The notes: generated from the sequence alone by a model not told the origin. A stretch of 64,000 nucleotides of DNA from Octopus vulgaris (GCA_951406725.2 OX597829.1:22568001-22632000); one strand, 5' to 3'; positions 13,935-27,581 are shown, counted from the first letter of the stretch. Program-made: numbers and translations.

Positions 13935-14152
13935 TTTATTTAAAAGCAGCAGAAAATTCAACAAAACCTGTTACTCTGAGTTTCACGTTCCCGTTCGTCG
14001 GACAGAAAAAACTGTCCGACGAACGGGAACGTGAAACTCAGAGTAACAGGTTTTGTTGAATTTTCTGCTGCTTTTAAATAAAGTATATTACTCTACCACT
14101 GGTATTTGAGTACTCTTTTTTCCACCTTGTTTCACACTTATGGGTTTACTCC

Positions 14153-14153
<1 letters not shown>
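13931..14153. mobile_element. Palindromic hammerhead-containing repeat (family HH-C), probable Penelope-like terminal repeat
   Basis: ~75-bp inverted arms at 13931-14005 and 14012-14086; other copies at 21000-21066, 34505-34629 and 43531-43762. Confidence 0.75.
14012..14049 (+). ncRNA. Minimal hammerhead motif (C4 variant)
   Basis: CTGT-CCGACGA-ACG ggaa CGT-GAA-ACTC a GAGT-A-ACAG. Confidence 0.65.
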
Positions 14154-14219
<66 letters not shown>

Positions 14220-14290
14220 GTAAAAGTAAAAAAATATACAAACTGGGACAAGAACGTGAAACATTTAGAAGACGACACAAAAAACACGTA

Positions 14291-14405
14291 CATCTTGTTT
14301 GTTGTTAACACAATGTTTCGGCTGATATATAATCCAAGCCTTCTTCAGGTGTCTTGGGGAAATTTTGAACCTGGGTTCTCATTCCTAAGGTATTTTTCGA
14401 TGTTG

Positions 14406-14461
<56 letters not shown>

Positions 14462-14977
14462 GAGTGAGAGATCAGTGCATGCCATCAAAGTGACACTGGG
14501 GTAAAATATACGAAGCCCAGCATACCCATCATGACTACTCGTCTGATAAGGGTACACCAGGCACATGCATCACAACCATATGTGCACGACATGGTGATCT
14601 CGTATCAAGATAAACAGCACATGACCTTGCAGGTGGGGCCCAGTTAGAATTTTCTTCAGGTCGAGTAGCCCATCCTGCTCAAACGGTCCCTGAATAAGGG
14701 TTGTTTAAGGATGTTGAAAGAACCACCCATGTTTCCAGAGGTGAATTATTCAAACCCCAAAGAATCCCTCTCAACACATGGCTATGATGCTCCCCCACTA
14801 CTTCTGCTCGTGATCAGAGATGCACGTATCGTCAGCCACTAAGGGACATGCTCAACTGGTTATGGTCAAACAACTGACAAGCAAATCTGTGGTAATTGAG
14901 CAGAATATTTGCTGTAGCCCATCTTTTATACCAAGACAAAACAATGTACATGATGACACTTCCAATCAGTTAAGATC

Positions 14978-15010
<33 letters not shown>

Positions 15011-15231
15011 GTTGTTGCTGTTGTTGTTGTTGTTGTTCAGGTCACAGCTTGGAATCAAACTCGGAATCCTGTGGTTAGTAGCCCGCGCTCTTAACCGCTA
15101 CGCCATATGCCTATGGGCATATGCCACTTAACCACAACGCGATATGCCCACGGACATATTGCGTAGTGGTTAAGAGCTCGGGCTAACCCCAAGATTCCGA
15201 GTTCGATTCCAAGCAGTGACCTGAATAATAA

Positions 15232-15292
<61 letters not shown>

Positions 15293-15444
15293 TGTAACGA
15301 AGAATGCCTTAAGAATGAGAACCCAGGTTCGAAATTTGCCAAAGACGCCTGATGAAGGCTGGAGTGTATATCAGCCGAAACATGTTAACAACAAACAAGA
15401 TGAGGACAAACATCCGTCGAATGTAAATAATGTAAATAATGTAC
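14291..15444. mobile_element. Head-to-head inverted dimer of the Penelope terminal repeat (family HH-A: tRNA-like head + (AAT)n + hammerhead)
   Basis: Both arms match 47724-47973; axis near ATATGCCTATGGGCATAT (~15110). Confidence 0.8.
14461..14979 (-). mobile_element. Non-coding element inserted in (TAA)n
   Basis: Reverse complement of 29740-30303; both copies are flanked by TAA repeats. Confidence 0.75.
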
Positions 15445-15490
15445 TTTTATTACACTTTTATTAATCTTGGTCTGGTAAACCCGTTGGCTG

Positions 15491-15735
15491 TGGAGACTCG
15501 TGGCTTAGTGGTTAGGGTGTTGGTCTCATGATCATATGACTGTTGTTTCGACTCCTGGACCAGGTGAGGCATTGTTTTCTTGAGCAAAACTCTTCATTTC
15601 ACGTTACTCCAGGCCACTCAGTTAGCAAAAGGGAGAAATCCTGTGACAGACTGGCGTCCCGTCCAGGTTGGGAATCTATATGCCATGAGACTGGGAAATC
15701 AGCCCTTATGAATCGGCATGATTCGAGAAGGCAAC
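15491..15735 (+). mobile_element. SINE family C (tRNA head, V-domain-like), diverged
   Basis: TGGCTTAGTGGTTAG head; CCTGTGACAGACTGGCGTCCCGTCCAGG. Confidence 0.65.
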
Positions 15736-16097
15736 TTTTTGCCTAGAAACCGTCGGTTTGACTAGCATTGCAATCGTCTATAGGACCTGCAACCACAAAC
15801 GAGAAATTTACAATCGAAAGACATTTTTTCAGAGCAAACTCGACCAAATGACGATGATGTAGACCAGTGGTTTTCAACCATTCGTTGCCTGTGGAACCCC
15901 ACAAAGCCATTTGTTGTTTAAAACGAATTTTATCGACGCTTCTTTCAAAATTTCTGTTTTCTTTTCACACATTGACTTGTGTAGGTTTGTAAGAGTATTT
16001 TCTCTAAGACAGGGGTCGGCAAACCGGGTTGAATTACTCCAAGTGGGATAAAAATGAAATTCCTGTGGGGTAATAAGGACTCATTAGATATAAGTAG

Positions 16098-16407
16098 TGG
16101 AGGCACATGGCCTAGTGGTTAGAGCAAGTGGATTCGCGGTCGAAGGATTGCGGGTTCGAATCTCAGACTGGGCGATGGGTGTGTTTATGAGCGAAACACC
16201 TAAGCTTCACGCGGCTCCGGCAGAAGGTAATGGCGAACTTCTGCTGACTCTTTTGCCATTACTTTCACTCACTCTTTCCTCCTGCATCTTGCAGCACACC
16301 TGCGACGGACCGGCGTCCCGTCCAGGTGGGGAACCTATACGCCAAGGAAACCGGAAAACCGGCCCTTACGAGCCAGGCATGGCTCGAGAAGGAACAAACA
16401 ACAACAA
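16098..16407 (+). mobile_element. SINE family C (tRNA head, V-domain-like tail)
   Basis: TGGCCTAGTGGTTAGAGC..GGTTCGAATCTC; CCTGCGACGGACCGGCGTCCCGTCCAGG; (AAC)n tail. Confidence 0.8.
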
Positions 16408-16927
16408 GATATAAGAAAAATTATATCAAAAAAGAAACGTGTTCCTTGTTACGACAGAAATTTTCTTCTGGTAGCACTGCATCTGTCCAATGTAATGGAC
16501 GTGTAAATAGATTCATATAAATAGATTCAATAAACCTTTCAACTTCAAAGAATCTAAGATTTTCTTCCTTTTGGGATAATTGGTTAAAAATGTTCTCAGA
16601 CTCCCACTCTAAAAGAAAGCATTTCAGTGGTTAGGAAGACGTCAAATTGCATAAAACAGAAGAGAAAGAAACCTTGCTGTTTCTGGCTATAAATACATCT
16701 GAAGCGAATGGAACCCTAAGGGTCACATAATCCTGGAAGACTGTTATAATTGTTACTCGAGCTTATTTCTTTTTTCAAATTTTTACTCCAAAATTCCAAC
16801 TGTATTGACATTCTAAAACAACTTCAATAGCTCTCACACAATGCTTCGTTCAGACAACGCTGCATTGCCGCCCGCATAACACACACACAAACACATATAT
16901 ACATAACTACATGCATACGTGCGCGTG

Positions 16928-16980
<53 letters not shown>

Positions 16981-17292
16981 GCATATCTATATACATGCAT
17001 ATTCACAGACCTTTGCATATATAAACGTACATATACATTCATATGCATATATATATATAGATTGATAGATATGCATATATGTGTGTGTGTGAGTGTGTGC
17101 ATATGCTTTGTATATGAATATGCATATATGTCTGTATATATATATGTGTGTATGTGTGTCTGTGTGTGTATGTATAATAATTATTTGAGGGAATATTAAT
17201 CCTAACTTACAGGGAAAAAATTCAATTTAGAAATACTAAATCAAATTTTACACAATATAATATATATAAGTATATATGCATATATTTATATA

Positions 17293-17385
<93 letters not shown>

Positions 17386-17645
17386 AATATATATATATAT
17401 ATATATAAATAATATATAAATATATGCATATATACTTACATATATGGGTGCAGGACATCAAAAAATAAAAAAACAAACGTTAAATACAATGAGAAACGAA
17501 AATAAAAACACAGAAAACGAACTTTTTTTCGAACAACGAAAAAAAACTCAGAAAAACAAGACATACAACATAAAGAATATTCCCCTTCTTCAGTTGTCCC
17601 CTGTTTTATCTACTCCGCGTTTCGAAGGAAATATGTTTATGTGTG

Positions 17646-17676
<31 letters not shown>

Positions 17677-18276
17677 ATGTACGTATGTGTGTTAATAAAA
17701 ACGTGCGCGCACGCACTACATACGCACGCAATGCATGAAACTTGCGGTTTTTGAAATGCGTGTAAAATTGCGGGTGAAACATACAAAGGGGATCTTTTCG
17801 GTTTGACCGGCAGTTTTTTAAAATAATTTCCACGTAACTAAACACTTTTAAACTTCGGATACTGGTAGAATGTGTTTATAAAACATCTTTTTCTCTTGGC
17901 TTTATTGAGAAAATTGTATAGTTTGTAAGATATTTGTTGTTGTCTTTCTTCAATTTCTGCAATTTCAACCAATCAATGACGTCTATTGAGGTGAAAAACA
18001 TTCTGTGCCGTATGAATATGTCCCTCGTTTAAGAAACAGGTTGGGTTTATTTACATTTGTGAAGAAAAGAAAATACCTTTCCCCCCACCCATAACCCTAA
18101 AACAGATTGAAATGCAATAGATCGATACTAGGGTCATAATTATGGGTGACAATTTCATATGACACCGTTAGAAAAAAACTGCCGTTCGAACTGAAAAGAT
18201 CCTACAAAGGAGCTGATGTACATTTGTACCCAAACAGGAAGACACAGAGGGAGCAAGAGGAATTGGTATATATAGT

Positions 18277-18341
<65 letters not shown>

Positions 18342-18443
18342 AGACAGACAGAAAGAAAGAAAGAACATGAATGTGTATGTGTTAGTCTAAGAGTCTTTGT
18401 TGTAGTTTTGTTACAATCAGTAATGATGTTAAGTAATGACAAT

Positions 18444-18826
18444 GGAAGCACTCCGTCGGTTACGACGACGAGGGTTCCGGTTGATCCGAATCAACGGAAC
18501 AGCCTGCTCGTCAAATTAACGTGTAAGTGGCTGAGCACTCCACAGACACGTGTACCCTTAACGTAGTTCTCGGGGATATTCAGCGTGACACAGAGAGTGA
18601 CAAGGCCGGCCCTTTGAAATACAGGTACAACAGAAACAGGAAGTAAGAGTGAGAGAAAGTTGTGGTGAAAGAGTACATCAGGGATCACCACCATCCCTGC
18701 TGGAGCCTCGTGGAGCTTTAGGTGTTTTCGCTCAATAAACACTCACAACGCCCGGTCTGGGAATCGAAACCGCGATCCTATGACCGCGAGTCCGCAGCCC
18801 TAACCACTGGGCCATTGTGCCTCCAC
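18444..18826 (-). mobile_element. SINE family C head with alternative tail and 14-bp TSD
   Basis: TSD TAAGTAATGACAAT at 18430-18443 and 18827-18840; A box TGGCCCAGTGG and B box GTTTCGATTCC on the minus strand. Confidence 0.9.
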
Positions 18827-19134
18827 TAAGTAATGACAATATCTGTGTCAACACTACACGTATATCCCTAACACCCTTATCTTCCTTCTCGTCCTTCTTC
18901 TCCTCAATGTCTCCTCCACCTCCACCTCCTCTATCTCTCATCCTTCTTCTTTCTGTCTCTTCCTCCTCCTTCATTTTTTCTAATCCTCCCTCCTCTCTTC
19001 TCTTTGTCCTTCGTCACTTCCTCCTATTTCTTCTTCTCCTTCTCCCCTCTTTCTCTTCGTCCTTCTCTTCCTCTTTCTCATTCTCCTCCTTCTCTTCCTT
19101 CTTCACCTTCTCTTCTTCCTCCTCTTCCTCTTCT

Positions 19135-19500
19135 AACTCTAACCCAAACTGTAGCCATTTAAACTTTAGCATACATTTACACATGCAGTCTATCCCTAAC
19201 TCAACCTTCACCCTAACCCTAATCCTAAACTCTAACCCTATCCCTAAACCTAAACCTAAACTCTAACACTAACCTTAAACCCACCATAACTCTAAACCCT
19301 AACCTTAACCCCAACTCTAACCCTAACTTCTAACTATAACCCTAAAGTCTAACCCTAAACCCTAGCTCTAACCTTATTCCCTAACTCTAACCCTAAATCT
19401 TTACCTTAAAACTAAACCTTAACTCTAAACCATTATCCCTAACACTACCCCTAAATCCCAACCCTAACACTACCCTTAAAACCTAACTCTAATCTTTACC
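19135..19500 (+). repeat. Degenerate telomere-like (CCCTAA-variant) array
   Basis: Units CCCTAA, CTCTAA, ACCTAA and CCTTAA in tandem. Confidence 0.7.
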
Positions 19501-19928
19501 CAGGTAAATTCACAGCATAAACTTCAGATACTGCAGTAGACTGCATGCTAAAGTAGCACCCAATTATTTTGGTAGATCAAATAGATCTCATGATATCTTA
19601 TTGAGCCAATGGTATGATTCATCATCGTTGTATTACATCCCCATTTACATCATTGAGCAGAGCCATACAACCACAGTTGTAAGCAACAGTAAAACACTGC
19701 ACCACAGCATCAAGACATCAGTTGCAGAAAGACTTCATCTACCAGACGTCACTCAGTCTATAGATCGTGAATTGCAAAAAGACTGATACCAGTCTTAGTA
19801 AAAGACGTCGTTAACCTCTTAACATAGACATTTTATTTTTTAAACTTCCATGCAAAAATTATTTTTTAATTATTTATTTTTGAATCTGTATGTAAGGAGG
19901 AATAAGTACACAAATTATTTTGGATCGC

Positions 19929-20109
19929 ACAGTTCTATATTTAAGAGATGAGGAATTATGTACATAATTTGCATTCAATAGATATTTGTCCTCATCTTTG
20001 TTTGTTGTTAACACATTTCGACTGATATACCCTCCAGCCTTCTTCAGGTGTCTTGCGAAAATTTTGAACCTGGGTTCTCATTCCTAAGGTATTTTTCGAT
20101 GTTATTATT

Positions 20110-20151
<42 letters not shown>

Positions 20152-20190
20152 CCAATGAGTTCGATTCCAAACAATGACCTGAACAATAAC

Positions 20191-20249
<59 letters not shown>

Positions 20250-20410
20250 TAATAATAACAACAATAACATTGAAAAATACCTTAGGAATGAGAACCCAGG
20301 TTCAAAATTTCCCCAAGGCACCTCAAGAAGGCTGGAGGGTATATCAGCCGAAACGTTGTGCTAACAACAAACAAGATGAGGACAAATATCAGTTGAATGT
20401 AAATAATATA
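19929..20410. mobile_element. Inverted dimer of family HH-A (heads largely deleted)
   Basis: Left arm on minus (ACAGTTCTATATTTAAGAG..), right arm on plus from GAGTTCGATTCC; decayed hammerhead cores at ~20012-20052 and ~20318-20362. Confidence 0.8.
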
Positions 20411-20886
20411 AAGTATTTCGGGTTAGAAATAAGTGACAGATACCTCAGAATACAGTGAATATATATTTTCATTCAAACATATATTTACTGGACATCATTG
20501 AACGAAAATGTACGGGATAATATGTTAAGAGGCAAAGGGAAGAAAACTTATCACATAGAAAGACTTCCGTCCAACCTCAAGATGTCCAGTGGAAAAAAAA
20601 ATAAAATAGAAACTAGCACAGACCTGTTTGGTAAGAAGATTGCTTTCCAAGTTCAAGGATTCAGGTTCAGTTCCACAAAGTGATATCTTAGGCAAGTGTC
20701 TTCTTTTATAACTTCGGATCGACCAAAGCCTTGTTAGTGAATCTGGCAGACGGAAACTGAATAAAACCTGTTATATGTGTGAGTGCATCTATCTATCTAT
20801 CTGTCTGCCTGTCTGTCTATCTATCTATCTATCGATCAGTCTATCTATCTATCTATCGATCAATCGATCGATCAGTCTATCTATCA

Positions 20887-20989
<103 letters not shown>

Positions 20990-21087
20990 CACTTTATGAA
21001 AAAGCAGCAAAAATAAGACAAAAACTGTTACTCAGAGTTTCATGTTCCTGTTTGTTGGACAGTTTTGTTTAGATTCAGCAGACAGAC

Positions 21088-21137
<50 letters not shown>

Positions 21138-21731
21138 ATGATGGCTAACCTGGCTGAAACTCCGAAGTCACTATCATCAATGATATTCTTGTTTAAGAAT
21201 AATAAATTTGTACTCTCTGAAAGCATTGAGTAACCAATCAGATTAATGTAAAATAACTGAACATAAAAACAAGCATTTATGTATGTGTATGTGAGTGTGT
21301 GCATGTGTGTGTATGCGTGCGAGTGTGTGTGTGTGTGTGTTGTGTGTGTGTATCTCTGTGTTTGTCTCCCACCATCAATTGACAACCAGTATTAGTTTGT
21401 TTGCGTCCTCATTACCAAACAGTTAAGCAAAATAGACTGACAGAGTAAGTACCAGTCTTAGAATAGAAAAAAAAAAAAAGAAAAGCATTAGTGCCGATTT
21501 GTTCGATTAAAACCCTTCAAGAAGATAAAAGATAAGAACTAATGATGTCACTGAAAAATCATCTTGGATGCAGGAATCATAAAAATTGGACAAATAAATT
21601 CTGGGTCAAATCATATTTGTTGTCTGTCAACATCATGGTAGAATCCTGGGTGGAGTCAAATAATATCCATCCATTATGATAAAGGTGGGTGAGCAGACAG
21701 AATAGTTAGCGCGTCAAACAAAATGCTTAGA

Positions 21732-22145
21732 GGCATAATAGTGGCTGTGTGGTAAGTAGCTTGCTTACCAGCCACATGGTTCCGGGTTCAGTCCCACTGC
21801 GTGGCACCTTGGGCAAGTATCTTCTACTATAGCCTTGGGACGACCAAAGTTTTGTGAGTGGATTTAGTAGACGGAAACTGAAAGAAGCCCATCGTATATA
21901 TATGCATATGTATATATATGTATGTGTGTGTATATGTTTGCGTGTCTGTGTTTGTCCCCCCCCCCCCAACATTGCTTGACAACCGATGCTGGTGTGTTTA
22001 CGTCCCCATAACTTAGCGGTTCGGCAAAAGAGAACGGCAGAATAAGAACTAGGCTTACAAAGAATAAGTCCTGGGGTCAATTTGCTCGACTAAAGGCAGT
22101 GCTCCAGCACGGCCACAGTCAAATGACTGAAACAAATGAAAGAAA
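21732..22145 (+). mobile_element. SINE family A copy
   Basis: Similarity to 879-1291. Confidence 0.9.
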
Positions 22146-22429
22146 AAAAAGAAAGGCATTTCATCTGTTTTTAAGTTCTGAGTTCAAATTCCGTTCCACC
22201 AAGGTTGTCTTCATTTTTCATTGTTTCAGTGTCAATTAAAATAAGAACCCCTTCAACGCTGGGGTTGATGAAATCAACTATTCCTTTCCCCCAACACCCA
22301 CAAACAAAAAAAAAATCCCAGGCCTTGTGCCTATAGAAGAAAGAATTATAATATAGAGGTAGTGGGGAAGGGGTGTATTTCTGCACAGGGAAGACTAAGT
22401 ACTCTTATACTCTTATACTTCTTTCACCA

Positions 22430-22810
22430 CCTTTAGTCGAGCAAATTGACCCCAGGACTTATTCTTTGTAAGCCTTGTACATATTCTATCAGTGTCTTTT
22501 GCTGAACTGCTAAGTTACGGGTACGTAAACACACCAGCATTGGTTGTCAAGCAACGTTGGGGGGACAAACACAGACACACAAACATATACACACATACAT
22601 ACATACATATATATATATGTGTGAGTGTATGTATATATATACATATATACGACGGGCCTCTTTCAGTTTCCGTCTACCAAATCCACTCAAGGCTTTGGTC
22701 GGGCTGAGGCTATAGTAGAAGACACTTGCCCAAGGTGCCACGCAGTGGGACTGAACCCGGAACTATGTGGTTCATAAGCAAGCTACTTACCACACAGTCA
22801 CTTCTATGCC
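22430..22810 (-). mobile_element. SINE family A copy
   Basis: Reverse-complement similarity to family A. Confidence 0.85.
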
Positions 22811-23185
22811 TATTTGATTAATTTTTAAGGGTAATGGTTCAAGGGAACAACGATGAACTCAAAAACTTGAAATCGTACTGAAAAAAAAAAAACCCAACAA
22901 GTTAGAATGGACTTTGGTTTTGAAAACATTCCAGGTTTTGAACAAGGAGATAATGGAAGATTACTGTTCAAATTTTGATTGGAAACATGTCTGACCATAT
23001 TGTTCCTGGAAAAGAGGAAGAATGGTGCCATACCCGTGTATTGAGGTTTTTAAGGTTGATATTTGTTCTTTGGTAAATTGTTCTCAGGTCTATCTGAGTG
23101 TTTTATCATAAGACCCCTCCTTTGCTTTCCATGGACTTCATCAATTGTGTGTGTGTGTGTGTGTGTGTGTGAGTGTGTATATGTG

Positions 23186-23247
23186 TAGTAGTAGTTGTTG
23201 CAACAGCAGCAGCAGCAGCAGAAGTAGTGGCAGTAGTAGTAGTAGTG

Positions 23248-23296
<49 letters not shown>

Positions 23297-23403
23297 CAGC
23301 AGCAGTAGCGGCGATGGTGGGTGGTGGTGGTTGTGGTGGTGGTAGCAGTAGAGGCAGCAGTAGTGGTGGTGGTGGTAGCAGTAGAAGTAGCAGCAGCATC
23401 AGC

Positions 23404-23472
<69 letters not shown>

Positions 23473-23517
23473 GGTGGTGGTGGTGGTAGTAGCATTAGAA
23501 GTAGCAGCAGCAGCATC

Positions 23518-23572
<55 letters not shown>

Positions 23573-23645
23573 ATAGTAGTAGCAGCAGCAGCAGCAGTGA
23601 TGGCGGAGACGGTGGTGGGGAGCAGCGGCAGTAGTGGTAGTAGCA
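23186..23645. repeat. Compound (AGT)/(AGC)/(GGT) trinucleotide array
   Basis: Direct observation. Confidence 0.95.
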
Positions 23646-24255
23646 GACCTCAAATAGCGGGGGGGACCTCAGATAAACCACATAAAGAAAATAAAGGATA
23701 TTTGCCATATGTTACCTTAAAGGATAGCTAGATGTTTCCAGTGACTAATTCACCTCAACAGCCACTGTTGAACAAAAGCAGATAAGCGTGTTTAACCATA
23801 CAATTCATAGCAATTGTGTTGAGGGTGGCTGAGGAGTAGCTGGTGTATAAATGGACCAGGAATGAAACAAAGGAACAAGGCTTCTTCTTTATTATAACAC
23901 CTTGAAATAAAGAATGTCTCAGAAAGCTAATGAAAATATACCCCCCATAGTCCTATGAAAGGAAGGGTTTAGGGTGTAAGCTGAAATGCTTGAACACATG
24001 CCATAAGTTATTGACAGATACAAATACACATAATATGAAGTTCGATGGTACCTGTATAAGTTGCATTTCTTCAACCGGCTATCCATATATATCAGGTGTT
24101 GATATCAAGCTAGTCACTTCCGTTGCACACTATACCTGTCTGATACCTTTCATTTATACCCAGTTTTCTTTCGATTCATTTGTGCTCCCTCACTCATGCA
24201 CATTAACCTTACACATCCAGTGGAGCATGCTCCTTTAAGTTCTTCAGAGCTTTTG

Positions 24256-24305
<50 letters not shown>

Positions 24306-24395
24306 CATATATATACATATATATATATATATACACACACATATACACACACACACACACAACACACACACATGCACACACACATATATATATAT

Positions 24396-24920
24396 GATGA
24401 TGATGGCTGCCCCCTTGTTATCGAATATGGCCATTGCACGAAGCTTAACTGTTATTGGTGCTGTGATCGAATGTGACTTTTATTTGCTTTTTAAGGCTAC
24501 AGCCAGCCATTCAGTTGAGACTCACAGCACAATCAACAATCATGAACAATGTTGTTATCGTGTAATGCCTGTGCAGGAAGATTTTTTTTAAAGTGACGAA
24601 AGGCTGTGCACTGAGTCAATCCCACTCACTAAGCAACAGCAGCCATAATCCGAAAAGAAGAACAAGTCAACATCATCGGTAACCACTGAGCCGCAGGTTT
24701 TATGTCGGAGTTATCTCAATTACCTGAGTTACCTTCTCCTAGAAGGACGCCCTAACAAAGGCTAGGAGTCCTTCACTTCCAATGGTTTAATCACGCGATC
24801 GGGTATTCAGTCCAATTATTTCTATGTCCCCGCGCATGATACAGCCTTAAGCCTTAAGAAAAAAAAAAAAAATTACACATTTATTGGATGGCCGTTGACT
24901 CTCAAGAGTTCCTCCATCCT
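24396..24920 (-). mobile_element. Second copy of the RTE-tailed non-autonomous element
   Basis: Matches 6010-6440; also carries the last RTE ORF codons (reverse complement AAAAGTCACATTCGATCACAGCACCAAT). Confidence 0.75.
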
Positions 24921-25080
24921 TTATATATATATATATCTTCCACCTTCATGATTTGTGTTTTGTTATCATGCAACATCATACTTCGTACATGAGTATCATT
25001 CATGTACTATCATGTACTTAACTGAAAGAAAGACTCCCCTTGTTGCCACCAGGAGTATGCAGCTGGATAGAATGGATTCC

Positions 25081-25312
25081 CGGCGGCGAGCTGGCAGAAA
25101 CTTTAGCACACCGGGCGAAATGCTTAGTAGTATTTCGTCTGCCACTACGTTCTGAGTTCAAATTCCGCCAAGATCAACTTTGCCTTTCATCCATTCGGAC
25201 TCGATTAAATAAGTACCAGTTACTCACTAGGGTCGATATAATTGACTTAATCCATTTGTTTGTCCTTGTTTGTCCACTCTGTGTGTAGCCCTTTGTGGGC
25301 AATAAAGAAATA
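25081..25312 (+). mobile_element. SINE family B with 12-bp TSD
   Basis: TSD AGAATGGATTCC at 25069-25080 and 25313-25324. Confidence 0.9.
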
Positions 25313-26430
25313 AGAATGGATTCCTGGCTGGCACAAAAGGTGGGAAAGACAAACTTGATATTGGATATTTTAGTATATCTCATACAGGCAGTTAGATATA
25401 TGACTGCTTCTGGTGAAGTTAGTGTTCCTTGTAGATTATCATCATTCAATATACTTTCAGTAAAGTGATGCAGTTCTATCAAATTTAGAAGTATTACTGG
25501 TTATAATATACAGAGTAAATGCAGAAGAAATATCTCCAACAGGAAGAATACAAACATAAATTACAAAGATTGCTTGGTAATTTCTTGATTGTATTTATTT
25601 TTCTTATTTTGTTTTTGGATTTGGTTTGCAAGATTCTTTTATTTGAGTTCATGTGTTGAAGCATATTCTGTTGTGTCTGGGGAGAGACATTTGCTTTTTG
25701 TGCCTTATAATTTAACACACTCACCGGTAAAATTTACACTTGTTTTTTTTTCATTTTTGTAAAATTTTTGTTGCGTCTTGCAACCTTTTCAATAGTCTCG
25801 ACTCTCCTAGTAGATATTTTACAAAGGTTTTATTTGGAATGTTTTTACAAGAGCCAAAGAAACAAGTCCATTCAATGAAGTACTCTTCAACTTCCTTTAC
25901 ATAATTTTATCATGTAACATGGATTCTTAAGCGATATACCTTGTTACCAAGACATGTTGAATTCAGCTCCATCCTAGCCCTTGTCTCTGTGGATAAGTCA
26001 TTTTCTACTAGATTACTTCAGCCTCACAGCTAAAACAACAATTGACACCAGGACATTTTTGGTGGAAATTCTACTGTCGTAAATTAATTTGAAAACCCAA
26101 CAAAAGAATTGTATTTCATTTCATGAATATTCCTCAGAGTTAGTAGAGAATTCTTATAAACTGTTGTGTTTAAATTAAATATTAACTTTTCATTTTAAAG
26201 TAATTCATCTATCAGACTAGCACAGCATGATTAGGTGCTTAAGCAGTTTGGTTTGCAACCATCTAGTTTTGGGTTCAGTCCTACTGCGCAGAACCTTGAG
26301 CAAGTTTCTTCTACCATTGCCCCAGGGTCGCTCAGTGCCTTGTTAGTGGATTTGGTAAACGGAAACTCTGAGGAAGCTTGTGTGTCTTTCTGTTTCTCCT
26401 CCACCACAGCTTGATAACAAATGATGGTTT

Positions 26431-26612
26431 TACAGTTCTATATTTAAGAGATGAGGAATTATGTACATTATTTACATTTGACGGATATTTGTCCTCATCT
26501 TGTTTGTTGTTAACACAATGTTTCGGCTGATATACCCTCCAGCCTTATTCAGGTGTCTTGCGAAAATTTTGAACATGGGTTCTCATTCCTAAGGTATTTT
26601 TTGACGTTATTA

Positions 26613-26675
<63 letters not shown>

Positions 26676-26796
26676 TCACTGCATGGAATATGGTGTAATG
26701 GTTAAGAGTACAGGCTACTAACCCCAGATTCTGAGTTCAATTTCAAGCAGTGACCAGAATAATAATAGTAATAATAATGATAATAGTAGTAGTATT

Positions 26797-26854
<58 letters not shown>

Positions 26855-27000
26855 GCAGCAGCAGCAGCAGCAGCAGGAATAAGAACTCAGGTTCAAAATT
26901 TCCCCAAGACACCTGATGAAGGCTGGAGGGTATAACAGCCAAAACATTGTGTTAATAACAAACAAGATGGGGACAAATATCCATCGAATGTAAATAATGT
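26431..27000. mobile_element. Inverted dimer of family HH-A inserted in a SINE-A copy, with 12-bp TSD
   Basis: AAATGATGGTTT at 26419-26430 and 27001-27012; the host SINE-A resumes after 27012. Confidence 0.85.
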
Positions 27001-27295
27001 AAATGATGGTTTGTTTACATCCATGTAATAATAGTTGTTTAACAAAAAATACACAGTTAGAGAGAAAATATTAAACATACAAAAATAAGTCCTGGTTTGT
27101 TTGACTAACCTTTTCAAGGTAGTACTCTGGCATGACCGCTGTCCAATGACTGAAACAAGTAAAAGAATTTTAAAAAAAGAATAAGAGAATATTTATCAGT
27201 GATTATTTGCCAACAGATGTTGACTTATATACAGATAACAGCAGTAGTAATAGTAAAATTGGTGGTGGTGGTGGTGGTAGTAGTAGTAGTAGTAA

Positions 27296-27364
<69 letters not shown>

Positions 27365-27581
27365 CAGCAGCAGCAGTTGTTGTTGTTATGTTACAACAAG
27401 GTTAGCTATATTTGAAAAGTCCCATTCATGTCTATACAGATTATCAAAATTCTTTCGTCCAACCATTATTTTTACCATTCTCATCAGCACAACCCTTCTC
27501 CCTCACCTGCACCCCGCCCCATGGTTGGTCTTCTTACAGTATTCTCTTCAGGCTCCCCCATGGCTTCTCCTGATTACTATC

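Noticed and set aside
16098-16170. tRNA-like sequences (also ~18750-18826 and 47729-47798)
   Set aside because: They have A/B boxes but run into repeat bodies and lack a convincing acceptor stem, so they are SINE-type heads, not tRNA genes.
17560-17627. Minus-strand GAAAC..CTGAAGA, a possible type II hammerhead
   Set aside because: Stems I and III could not be paired.
19501-19830. Unique-looking segment after a CAG, a possible exon
   Set aside because: Early stops occur in all plus frames and no recognisable product is seen on either strand.
25174-25482. 102-aa minus-strand ORF
   Set aside because: Half of it is SINE B; the rest has no recognisable motif or splice support.
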